DNA of 37,726 bases from a virus (lineage: Duplodnaviria; Caudoviricetes): the IMG/VR virus record IMGVR_UViG_3300024284_000012, positions 1-37,726 of that record. One strand, written 5' to 3'. Positions 8,211 through 17,104 of this stretch are shown one piece after another; the first letter of the stretch is position 1, and every line of letters begins with the position of its first letter. Both the position numbers and the translations under genes were made by a program. The notes beneath the pieces are model-generated. The model saw only the letters and a list, made by a program, of their open reading frames with translations. It searched no databases and was not told where the DNA came from.

Positions 8211-8890
8211 TTGATTCTCCTGGCAGTCCGAGCGACGGGGAATGTCTTCCCTTTCAGCTTGTGCTGCGGGTAGTCCTTGCCAAAGACCTGGGATACTTGC
8301 CCATCCTTCTCGCGAATTTGGTAGCCCCCTGGGCGCGTCTCGAATGCCGTTTCCACGAGTCCCATATAATCGCGATTGCCGGTCGCGCTCGGGTCGAAGA
8401 ATGCGTTTAGAATGAAGTTGCTTACCCAAACGCCATCAATAATCTCATAAGCGTCCGCCTCGACCGCATCGCAGGCCTCCTGGGCATAGCTGTATCCGTC
8501 CGGCGCCGGCCTATACAGGTCACAATCCGGGTCCCAGAGCATCTCCAGCATTTCGTGCGAAAGGGTCACTGCGACCGAGTTTGCGCCACGGAGCACGCTG
8601 CCTCCACTATCCAGCGTGTCGCGCACGAAGACACGCGCATAGGGGTCTCCCATCGGGGTCACGTCATGATAGCCGAGCGCGCCAGCGACGTCCGAATCGT
8701 CGAAGATGAATATCTTCTCCGTGCCAGGCATCACGTGGGCCTCATCCGCCGCGAAGGAGATCGCGGGAATATCGATGCCCCATGCCGGAGCGGCGTGTTC
8801 CCTGGCTTGTTTCGCGCAGGCGATTGTCATGCTGAGTTCATCGGAGACCGAGACTAGCTTGCTCGTATTGATGACCGCGATATGCCTCAT
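8198..8890 (-). CDS. Putative metal-dependent hydrolase with HExxE motif
   Basis: GALGYHD...TLSHEMLEMLWDP...EACDAVE motif set. Confidence 0.65.
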   Translation of the reverse strand: MRHIAVINTSKLVSVSDELSMTIACAKQAREHAAPAWGIDIPAISFAADEAHVMPGTEKIFIFDDSDVAGALGYHDVTPMGDPYARVFVRDTLDSGGSVLRGANSVAVTLSHEMLEMLWDPDCDLYRPAPDGYSYAQEACDAVEADAYEIIDGVWVSNFILNAFFDPSATGNRDYMGLVETAFETRPGGYQIREKDGQVSQVFGKDYPQHKLKGKTFPVARTARRIKCGA

Positions 8891-9147
8891 TGGCAGGCCT
8901 CACTACACATTAGTTGCCTAGCGACGCAATCCGCAGTGGTGCCCTCGAGCTGCTTCAGGGCCTCTGTGCATCTAGCCGCGCAGAGTGCCACGGTCATTGC
9001 CGGCTTGGCGCACGCGGCTGTCGCGCAGGCAGAATCGCAATCCGATGTCGTCGGAACGCCGCTAGGCACCGGAGGAGGAGCCGGAGTCGGTGTTGGTGTG
9101 CAGTTGTTGACGCTGCCAGCGAACATTGCGACGATTAATATCTTCAT
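8887..9147 (-). CDS. Secreted or lipoprotein-like Cys-rich protein (86 aa)
   Basis: Short hydrophobic N-terminus then Cys16 (atypical lipobox), PT/P-rich linker, eight more Cys. Confidence 0.7.
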   Translation of the reverse strand: MKILIVAMFAGSVNNCTPTPTPAPPPVPSGVPTTSDCDSACATAACAKPAMTVALCAARCTEALKQLEGTTADCVARQLMCSEACQ

Positions 9148-9153
9148 GTGTGC

Positions 9154-9489
9154 TCAATTCGGGATGACAGTCCCCGCGTTTAGCCTGGAAATGAGGTTCG
9201 CGACCGCTGTCGCATTCGCGCCGACGACGTTGGCGGGGATTCGGACGTTGGCGTTTGCCTTGTCGGTGGCGATCATGCTCACCACTGCATTCGGGGCAAT
9301 GTCGATCTTATGAAAGTTGCATCCGGGGATAACCTCACCCGCCACGCATCGCGCCTGCCAATCCACTGGGATTGCGACATGTACTCCGGGCCCTATGTGT
9401 ATGCCAGAAACGGGCGCATCCACAGTCAGCCTATTGCAAATGTCCGCATCCGACTGAACGGAGCCTGTGGTAATTAGAATAGGCATCAC
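9154..9489 (-). CDS. Hypothetical protein, tail-fibre associated position
   Basis: ATGA-coupled to 9486..10532. Confidence 0.65.
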   Translation of the reverse strand: MMPILITTGSVQSDADICNRLTVDAPVSGIHIGPGVHVAIPVDWQARCVAGEVIPGCNFHKIDIAPNAVVSMIATDKANANVRIPANVVGANATAVANLISRLNAGTVIPN

Positions 9490-10532
9490 TGCAATATCCC
9501 CGGATACATGCTGGCCGCCGCGGATGTCAATGCATTCCTTTCACCAGCGGTAGGAATGCCGCTAAAGATCAGAAGAACGACCCAATCCATGTTGGCTTGG
9601 AAAGCTCCGGTAGTTGCTGCGCCAAGGTTAATTCCGGCGGCAGAGTCGGAGTTGCCCAATATTCCGGTCACTGTCGTGGCGCCGAGCTTGAAGAAGTCCC
9701 CGGCTACGTTAGAGCATCCCACTTCCAGCTGGAAATATGAGCCTACAGTCGCGCCACCGTTGGACGGAGAAACGGCGCCGTTGGAAAAGTGCCAGTTCGG
9801 GGTTACCTCGCCGCCGGAGCCAATGACCATCGTTGAGCCGGCATTGCCAGTAGCCATCATCGCCCTGGTGACCACCCAGCTGACAACACTGGCCACTCCC
9901 CAGAAGTACGTTGGGGTAGTGCCGGGAGGCGGCAGGTCCAATGTGGTCTCGGTGATGACGTCGTTGCCCCCATCAAACCTGAACGCTGGATGGTTAATCG
10001 CAGGAATCAGAATCCGGGGCTGTAGTCCCGCTGAGGCCTGCGACGCGGCCTTCGCATTGACCTGATCGGTCCATGCCGATAGCGTCCCCTGGTATACGTT
10101 ATCGTTGGTGTATGTGCCTGCCGGGAAGTTGATGGTAACTCCGGCGAGGGCCCCAATTGCGGCATACGTAGCTGCTGTGGGGACGTTCTGCTCAATCCAC
10201 GTGGATGTCGTCCCATCATTGGCGGCTCCGTATCGGAATGTTGATGCCCCTAGAGCACCAGTGGTCTGAATCTCCATCCTGAAGGCGACATTGCCGCTAG
10301 CTGAACCGGTCAAGGTAACAGCCGGCGGAGTAGTCCCGCTAGCCAATGGGGTGCCGCCCATTGTGATGCCAAAATCCGATTGCCAGGCGCGTAGGCATGT
10401 CTGGCTAGAGACCAACGTCCAAAGCTGCGTTGGCCCAGAAGGAGGCGACGGAGGAATCCCGCTAGACGGTCCGCCTCTACCAAATGCATTGATTCGGCCG
10501 CGATTGTCTCTTGCTGTCCGTCGACGGCTCAT
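9486..10532 (-). CDS. Tail fibre or receptor-binding-like protein, possible beta-sandwich
   Basis: G/A/T/S-rich; SAWTDQV...QASAGLQP...INHPAFRFDG pattern typical of virion LamG-like fibre proteins. Confidence 0.65.
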   Translation of the reverse strand: MSRRRTARDNRGRINAFGRGGPSSGIPPSPPSGPTQLWTLVSSQTCLRAWQSDFGITMGGTPLASGTTPPAVTLTGSASGNVAFRMEIQTTGALGASTFRYGAANDGTTSTWIEQNVPTAATYAAIGALAGVTINFPAGTYTNDNVYQGTLSAWTDQVNAKAASQASAGLQPRILIPAINHPAFRFDGGNDVITETTLDLPPPGTTPTYFWGVASVVSWVVTRAMMATGNAGSTMVIGSGGEVTPNWHFSNGAVSPSNGGATVGSYFQLEVGCSNVAGDFFKLGATTVTGILGNSDSAAGINLGAATTGAFQANMDWVVLLIFSGIPTAGERNALTSAAASMYPGILQ

Positions 10533-10774
10533 ACTGGCCCGATCGTTCCGTTCGGTTGAGGGCCGAGAAGCTGAAAACCGGCCTGCGCTCGCCCGCTCAG
10601 AACGCGCGACAGCTCGTCTGCCGACATCCGCGGCGGGGAATCCTTCGGGTCCTTCGCAACGAAAGAGAAGCCTTTGCTGAGCACAAGCCGCTCGAGTTCT
10701 GCTCGCTGCGAGTCCTCAATCTGAATGTCTGCCAGCTTGCCGTGTCTCGAACGGTATCGATAGGTAGCCATCAT
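10529..10774 (-). CDS. Hypothetical protein
   Basis: ATGA-coupled on both sides. Confidence 0.6.
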   Translation of the reverse strand: MMATYRYRSRHGKLADIQIEDSQRAELERLVLSKGFSFVAKDPKDSPPRMSADELSRVLSGRAQAGFQLLGPQPNGTIGPV

Positions 10775-11214
10775 TCCGTCCTGTTCGTGATCCAGAGTCG
10801 AACCACGCCATTGAGGATGGTCTGGATCGAGAGATAGCGCCCGGCCGCCAGCTCATCAGTGTACGTCTTCGACGGCAGGAATGCGCATACGCCGGTAGCT
10901 CCTCCCGTGGCCACATTGCTAATGGTCGAACCCGTCGTACGATGCCACGCATACCAGATGTCCCCCGCGCTCTCAGAGATCATGCGGACGAATGTCTGTT
11001 GATAATACGCATCACCAAAGAAGCCTGTAGCCTGCAGATCGAATTGCTGGCTAGTTCCGGTGGTAACGACTAGCGCTACGATTTCACAATGCGGAAGCGG
11101 TTCTTTTCTAACAACCTGATTCGGCCCGGTAGCTACCGATGTAGCCGTGGATTCCCAGGTGTTTCGCGGTCCACGGAGGTCCGCTGCCATGTAGAGCTTT
11201 TCGTTGACTGACAT
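10771..11214 (-). CDS. Probable virion structural protein
   Basis: Beta-rich, Thr-rich; AAGGAG SD upstream. Confidence 0.65.
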   Translation of the reverse strand: MSVNEKLYMAADLRGPRNTWESTATSVATGPNQVVRKEPLPHCEIVALVVTTGTSQQFDLQATGFFGDAYYQQTFVRMISESAGDIWYAWHRTTGSTISNVATGGATGVCAFLPSKTYTDELAAGRYLSIQTILNGVVRLWITNRTE

Positions 11215-11223
11215 CGGATCTCC

Positions 11224-14076
11224 TTAATGCATCATCTTGTCTAGGCTCGACTTCATTCCGTCGGCCAAGGGTCTCATTGCGGCAGATGACTTCTGCTCCT
11301 GTTGCTTCTCCGAGACGTTCCCCTGCTGCGCGGTCTGCGAGAGGCGAGCCATGAAGCCAGGATCCAGCGTAGGCTCGATGACTCCCGGCGAGTCGAAGAG
11401 CTCCGCCAGCGCAAGCCGCTTCTGGTAATTTGGCGGATTCGTGGCGCTGTGGACCGCCTCGAAGACTGCCAATTGCGCTCGTTGATAGAGCGCAGGATAG
11501 CAATTCTTGAGCGTCTCGATATGCTCGGGAGGAACGTTTCCTGTTTTGAGCTCATCGAAGACCATGGCCGGATTCTGCACTGCCTCATAGTATCGCAGGA
11601 AACGAGCCTTCTGAGCAGGGGCAACGCTCTGAATCTGATTCGGAGCAAGCGGATTGTTGCCGTAGACCGGAGCCGGAAGCTTCGAATTGAGGAATGCGGC
11701 AGCGCGCATTGCGCCTGTGATCATGCTGTCTCGGACCATTGAATGGTCGACATTTCCGACGGCATCTCCGACTTTGACCGATGTCCCGACGGGATCGGCC
11801 ATTGCGGTCACGAGATTCTTCGCGATGCGGTCATACTTCTTCGTCTGGTCAACATTCGATGCTGCGTAGCGCTCGGCTGTCGTGCGGGCGTAACGGTTCG
11901 TACCGGATACCGTTGCGCGCGCTGCGCGAGTCGCTGTGCCCGTTCCTTCCACGAGCGCTTTGACGGAATTGTCGATCTTGGTGCCCCATTTGAGGCCGAT
12001 TTCCCGGAGTGCGACGGCCTGTCGCATCAGCTTGGCCGGATTCATCAGGACATCAATGGCCATGCCAGCGACCGCACCAGGAGCATGGCCAAGGACGCCG
12101 CCAAGAAGAGCTCCGGTCGAGCCATGCGAGGAATGACCTGCCTTCTCCATCATCTCTTCAACAATGTTCGACTTGCCTACAACGTCATGAGCCTTGTCCA
12201 AGAGGGCCTGCGCGGCCTTCGTGGCCTCCTGAACCTTCATTAGCCCCTCGGCATGGCCACCAAGCCCATAGCCCTCCTGGATGGCCTCCACGAGCTCACG
12301 CCGTGCTGCGATGTTGTCGCGAAGAAGTTGGTCGATCGTCTGCGTTTGAACGGTCCCCACCTTGTCCACGAACCGAGAGACCTTGGCCGGGTCGACCTGA
12401 TATCGAGGAACCCCGAAGTCGTCGCCGACCTTCTCAAGCAGATGCCCGGAAACGTAACGGTTCGAATCGAGCATGCGGGCATAGGCCTTATTTACCCGCG
12501 CCTGTGTCTCGCCGAATTTGCCCCAGACCGACGAATCCTCGAGATAGGTTCTCATTCCTTCAGAAACATCATTCGCGAAAGCAGCTCGAGCTCTTGCCTG
12601 AGCGATTCCCAGCTCTCCGCCGGCGGCTGAGCGAGCCACGGCCTCCGCCGAGACCTTGGCCTTCTGCATGGCAGCCTTGAATTCATCCAAGGCATGCACC
12701 GCGGAAGCCGGCTCCTTTGCGGCCCCGACCTTGTCGATCGCCTCTTCGAAGATATAGCGAAGATTCTCTGTGGCTTTCCCATCCCCCAGAATGGATCGGC
12801 CTCGTTCGGTCACATCATCGAGTTTGGCGAGGCCCTCAGCGAGCTGTTCGCCCTTTGCTTTCGCCGCCTGCATCATTGTTTCCGTGTCACCGGTGAGAAG
12901 CGGCTTGATGTTCTCAAGCTTCCTTCCTGTTGCACGTGAAACCTCATCCATAATCGGGCGAGATTCCGAATACATCGTGTCGAGCGCCTTCGTCATATCG
13001 CCCGAAACGGCCTCGAGGATGGGGCCTCGATTCGCCGCCATCTCGCGCGCCGAAATAGCCTCTTCCGTCCAACGCAATCCGCCGAACCTCTCGAGGTCCG
13101 CCTTAGGAATCCCGCTCGCGGCGCTCTGAACGGTCTCAATCTTGTCCCGGAGGCCCTCCATCGCGTCTTTGAAGTATTTCGCGAAGCCCTTCGGCGGCGT
13201 CGCTCCGGTCACATCGGCCGCCATCTGGTTGATGGCCTCTTCCGAGGCTCCAGCTGCCGCTGGGGCGCGCCCGAACACTTTCTCGGCCAGGATGCTCTTG
13301 GCTCCCGAAACGGCCGCCCTGGCGCCTTCCTGTGCCACGCCGAGGGCACCGCCGAAGACTGCGCCCATGCCGGCAGAGGCGAGCATGGCATCGGAGGTGA
13401 ATTCATGGTCCTTGACCCAGGCCTCCTCAGCTCCTCCAACATAGCCCTGTGTGGCCCCTTCGGCCGCCAGCGAAGCGATGCGGGCTGTTTTCGAACCGGC
13501 CCCGAATAGCTCGGAACCCGAGAGAATCTTCCCTGCCGTACCCAGGCCCTTCAGGGCCGCCCCGCCAGCCACGAAACCGGCGATATTCGCGGCCATCTTG
13601 CCGCCAGGGGCTACCTCGGAGAATCGGCGCGCCTGCTCTGCCGCCGCGGCAGCCTCCTGCGGGCTTGCAACGACAGAGTCCAGCTTCTCGACTAGATTTT
13701 CGCCGGAGAGGGCCTCGAGCGGGTTCGAGATATTCTGGACTTCGGGGTTTATCTGCTCGGCGATCGCCTTGCCTCCGGCGCCGATGAAACGCGGCAGGCC
13801 GGTAACGGCGTCAACGACGCCCTTCACCGATTCGCGAGCGTAGAAGTCGGCTTTTGCGCCCGCCGAGGCGTCATCCCATTCGCGTTGAGCCTGCGCCTGC
13901 TCAAGATGCTGCGGCGTAGCCGGCGCGTAACCGGTACGCTCTGGATTTGAGAGAAGCTCAGCGACCTGAGCCGGCGGAACGGCCTCGATCTTTCCGGTAG
14001 CATCGACAAGATGCACATTGCCGGAGTCGTCTTGATAGACTGGTTGCCCGGTTGGAGCTCGAACCCAGCCAGCCAT
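11224..14076 (-). CDS. Large internal virion (ejection) protein
   Basis: 950 aa, Ala-rich helical, Gly-zipper hydrophobic stretches; third gene of the ejection trio. Confidence 0.7.
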   Translation of the reverse strand: MAGWVRAPTGQPVYQDDSGNVHLVDATGKIEAVPPAQVAELLSNPERTGYAPATPQHLEQAQAQREWDDASAGAKADFYARESVKGVVDAVTGLPRFIGAGGKAIAEQINPEVQNISNPLEALSGENLVEKLDSVVASPQEAAAAAEQARRFSEVAPGGKMAANIAGFVAGGAALKGLGTAGKILSGSELFGAGSKTARIASLAAEGATQGYVGGAEEAWVKDHEFTSDAMLASAGMGAVFGGALGVAQEGARAAVSGAKSILAEKVFGRAPAAAGASEEAINQMAADVTGATPPKGFAKYFKDAMEGLRDKIETVQSAASGIPKADLERFGGLRWTEEAISAREMAANRGPILEAVSGDMTKALDTMYSESRPIMDEVSRATGRKLENIKPLLTGDTETMMQAAKAKGEQLAEGLAKLDDVTERGRSILGDGKATENLRYIFEEAIDKVGAAKEPASAVHALDEFKAAMQKAKVSAEAVARSAAGGELGIAQARARAAFANDVSEGMRTYLEDSSVWGKFGETQARVNKAYARMLDSNRYVSGHLLEKVGDDFGVPRYQVDPAKVSRFVDKVGTVQTQTIDQLLRDNIAARRELVEAIQEGYGLGGHAEGLMKVQEATKAAQALLDKAHDVVGKSNIVEEMMEKAGHSSHGSTGALLGGVLGHAPGAVAGMAIDVLMNPAKLMRQAVALREIGLKWGTKIDNSVKALVEGTGTATRAARATVSGTNRYARTTAERYAASNVDQTKKYDRIAKNLVTAMADPVGTSVKVGDAVGNVDHSMVRDSMITGAMRAAAFLNSKLPAPVYGNNPLAPNQIQSVAPAQKARFLRYYEAVQNPAMVFDELKTGNVPPEHIETLKNCYPALYQRAQLAVFEAVHSATNPPNYQKRLALAELFDSPGVIEPTLDPGFMARLSQTAQQGNVSEKQQEQKSSAAMRPLADGMKSSLDKMMH

Positions 14077-15776
14077 TACTTCTCTGGCCCTTCCTCTTCG
14101 GCTGAAGCGGCGCCTTGTACGGTACCGCGCTGCTGTTCGAGATATTTATCCGCTGTTACCAGGGCCTCGTGAAGCTTCTTGGCTGTCGCCTTGCGAACAG
14201 ATTCAAGCGGCGATGTAAGCCCTTCTCGCAGAAGGTTCATCTCTCCCTCATTAACCGTGCCGTTGCTGCCAGCAACGACTTTCCCGACGATTGCATTAGC
14301 CTTTGCTTCCAAATCAATGCGCGCTTGAGTTCCTGCGCCATGCACCTTTGGGGCGATGAGCCCGCCCGCGTCTTCCTTCATGTATTGAACAAGGTCTTCC
14401 TGAGCAGAACGGTTCGTTGACTGCTGAGACGCCATGCGCGCCGGCAATTTCCCTGGCCCTCCAGCTCCTGCCTTCGGAGGAGCCGAGCCCTCATGGCTAT
14501 ACTCGTAATTGGCCTTAACGATCCGCGCCCTCGCCTCTGCCTCTTTCGCCATCTCTTCTGGCGTTCGAGCAACAAAACCCCCATGTGTAGGCTGCATCAT
14601 GCGGGACTGCCGCGTCACCTGGACTTGGCCCAGTAGCTTCGCCTGCATCGCGGAATGAGTATCGGCCTCCATCTGAAGGAACTTCGGGCGCAACGAAGCT
14701 AGATTCATCGCCGCTTCTTGCGTGCCCATCAGCGCGGCACGACGCTCTGCCTCAGACTCGGCTTTCTTGATGTATGCAAGCTTCAGGACCGATTGCGCAT
14801 CATCGTAATCCAGGCCATAAGTTTCTTTGATGCGCGCCAAGTCATTGTTTGCTTTTGAAACGCCTTGCTGAATCTCTTGCCTTTGAGCCGCAATGTCGTT
14901 GTCCATGAAACGGCCCATGATCTCCATGGCCGGATTATGCCCTGTGAATGCTTGGCCAAATGCTCCTAATGCTCCGGCGAGAACTCCAGCGAATTGCGCT
15001 CCGGGCCGTCCGCGGAACATGCGGAATTGATCCACTTCGCGCTTTGATTGCTTGTCGAGTTCTTGCTGTGCGATATCCGTGCGTTTCTGGAATTCCTGCC
15101 GAAGCATGGTCTTGTGCGCTTCGCCCTCAGCGACCTCACGCTCGGCCTGCTGACGCTTCAACGCAGCATCGAGCGCCTGCGTCTCCATCGCGCTCTTCTG
15201 TTGCTTCAGGATATCCGTGGTTACGGTCTCTTCTTCTTTCTGCGCCTTGATTTGCTCATCATAGAGCTTCGCCATCTTCTCGCGCTCTGCCGGATCTTGA
15301 ATGCCACCCTGGACGGTCATCGACTCAGCAGTAGGAACGGCAACGGCGTTCTTGGCCATCGCGGTCGGATTGGTTCCACCCACGTACTTAACCGGAGAGA
15401 TGCTCATCTGCGGTCGTGGTGGAGGAGTAGCCGCAGGCGCAGGACCTCCAGCCATCGGCGGCAGATTCGTCGGAATGCCCTGGGCATCGACTGTCGTACC
15501 CTGTCGCACCGGCTCTGGAGCTGTCGGAGCGGTCGAGCCGATTGTGGGCTGCCCCGTATCCGGGACGGAGCGATTTGGCTCATCGCTCTCGGTCGACATC
15601 ATCGCATTGTTCGCGGTTCGCTGGTCCGTAGGCTTAGAAGCGGCGATGTTCCGAGCTAGCTGGTCGGCGTAGTCCCCATAGGCGTACACACTCTCGCCGG
15701 TAGGCCTCTTGAAATGATAGCCAGTGCCGGATGGATCCGGATCGAAATCGACGAAAGCGGGTGCTCCGAAGGCCAT
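14076..15776 (-). CDS. Internal virion (ejection) protein
   Basis: Pro-rich N-terminus, Q/A/E coiled coil, hydrophobic AGVLAGALGAFGQAF segment. Confidence 0.7.
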   Translation of the reverse strand: MAFGAPAFVDFDPDPSGTGYHFKRPTGESVYAYGDYADQLARNIAASKPTDQRTANNAMMSTESDEPNRSVPDTGQPTIGSTAPTAPEPVRQGTTVDAQGIPTNLPPMAGGPAPAATPPPRPQMSISPVKYVGGTNPTAMAKNAVAVPTAESMTVQGGIQDPAEREKMAKLYDEQIKAQKEEETVTTDILKQQKSAMETQALDAALKRQQAEREVAEGEAHKTMLRQEFQKRTDIAQQELDKQSKREVDQFRMFRGRPGAQFAGVLAGALGAFGQAFTGHNPAMEIMGRFMDNDIAAQRQEIQQGVSKANNDLARIKETYGLDYDDAQSVLKLAYIKKAESEAERRAALMGTQEAAMNLASLRPKFLQMEADTHSAMQAKLLGQVQVTRQSRMMQPTHGGFVARTPEEMAKEAEARARIVKANYEYSHEGSAPPKAGAGGPGKLPARMASQQSTNRSAQEDLVQYMKEDAGGLIAPKVHGAGTQARIDLEAKANAIVGKVVAGSNGTVNEGEMNLLREGLTSPLESVRKATAKKLHEALVTADKYLEQQRGTVQGAASAEEEGPEK

Positions 15777-17104
15777 TACTGCCCCATCAATTCTTTTGCG
15801 CCATATGGTTCAGCAGCAAGACTAGCCCCTCCGGTAAAAGGAGCAGCAACAGCGCCAGCAGCCATGATGCTGCCGCCAAGAATCTTCTGCCATAAATCAT
15901 TATTCTGCTTATTTTGCTGAAGCTGAAGTTGCACCGCTACATTTCTATCAATACCGTATCTCTGAGTATCCAGCGCTCCCTGTTGCAATTCCGCATTTCT
16001 CTCATCGTTCTGGATGCCATAACCAAGCGCCTCGCGAGCCAGATTTGTGCGGTCGTTGAGTTCGTTCTGTTGTCCTTGGAAGCCCGCTTGCTGCGCGGCT
16101 AGCCCGGCATAAGTATTAGTCAGACCAAGATTCGTATTGGCCTGACCTAGCTGATTATTGGCGATGCCTCCGTAGATTTGCCCTTGGCCCAGCTGATTAT
16201 TGGCAACGCCTCCAAATATATTGGCTGCTCCGCCCATCGCATTCATCTGAGTGCCGGCAGCCTGTCCGTAGGTATTCCCTGCGGCCTGAGCCGCGTTTGC
16301 GGCGAATTGCCGGTTCGCCATGTCCTCTTGGGCCCGCTGGATGCCTAGCTGTCCGTTGAGGTTGCCCATGATGTCGCCCTGGTTTTGACCAGCATTCTGG
16401 AGCGCTAGCGCGGCATTCCCACCTCGGGCTCCGGCGGCCATGGCCATTTGTTGGCGCATCGCCTGGTCGCCTCCCATACGGAGCTGTTGTTCGGCGACGC
16501 TCGGCCCAGCCGGCATTTGCGAAAACCCCATCAATCTATCAGCTGCTCCAAATTGCCCCTGCGCTCCTTGGCCATTGGCAAGCGCCGACATATCGAGGCC
16601 CTGACGCATGCCATACAGATTAGTACGATCCGCAGTCTGGGCAGCCTGGATGCCATAAAGGTTCGTCGCGTTGGCATTGCCGAGCGCGTTGCCGGTGCCC
16701 TGCGCGAACATATTCGTGGCATCCGTATTGATCTGAGGCGCGGCGCGGCCAAGCGCAGCGGTGGCGCCTTCCCGCATCCTATTCGCGTAATAGTCCGCAG
16801 TGTTTCTCATTTGATCAAAAGGACTGCCCACCGCCTGGGGAGTGAGATGCTCACCGTACGATGCCGTCTGCGGCGAGGATGGGCTCAGGTAATTGCTCAT
16901 CGCGGCACCCGGGCCATATGTGCCATTGTAGCTGGCTAGTTGCGTTTGAGGTGCCGACGGCTGTTGCGGACCGTATTGAGGGGCTTGATTGGTCTCGTTA
17001 AAGGATCCAGTGTATTGGGTTCGCTCAGGAGCAGGAGCAGGGGCTGAACTATCCGGCGCTCCGATAACTCGTCGCGGCAGAAATGGATCGGGAAGAGTCG
17101 GCAT
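15776..17104 (-). CDS. Internal virion or DNA-pilot-like protein
   Basis: Q/N/A/G-rich; C-terminal hydrophobic AAGAVAAPFTGGASLAA. Confidence 0.7.
   Translation of the reverse strand: MPTLPDPFLPRRVIGAPDSSAPAPAPERTQYTGSFNETNQAPQYGPQQPSAPQTQLASYNGTYGPGAAMSNYLSPSSPQTASYGEHLTPQAVGSPFDQMRNTADYYANRMREGATAALGRAAPQINTDATNMFAQGTGNALGNANATNLYGIQAAQTADRTNLYGMRQGLDMSALANGQGAQGQFGAADRLMGFSQMPAGPSVAEQQLRMGGDQAMRQQMAMAAGARGGNAALALQNAGQNQGDIMGNLNGQLGIQRAQEDMANRQFAANAAQAAGNTYGQAAGTQMNAMGGAANIFGGVANNQLGQGQIYGGIANNQLGQANTNLGLTNTYAGLAAQQAGFQGQQNELNDRTNLAREALGYGIQNDERNAELQQGALDTQRYGIDRNVAVQLQLQQNKQNNDLWQKILGGSIMAAGAVAAPFTGGASLAAEPYGAKELMGQ
16149..16213 (-). repeat. 42-nt coding tandem duplication (GGxANNQLGQ twice)
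   Basis: AGCTGATTATTGGC at 16149 and 16191 on the plus strand. Confidence 0.8.

Noticed and set aside
8211-8429. N-terminal part of the 168-aa ORF 7923..8429
   Set aside because: Lies inside the HExxE gene; the signal peptide and SD point to ATG 8210
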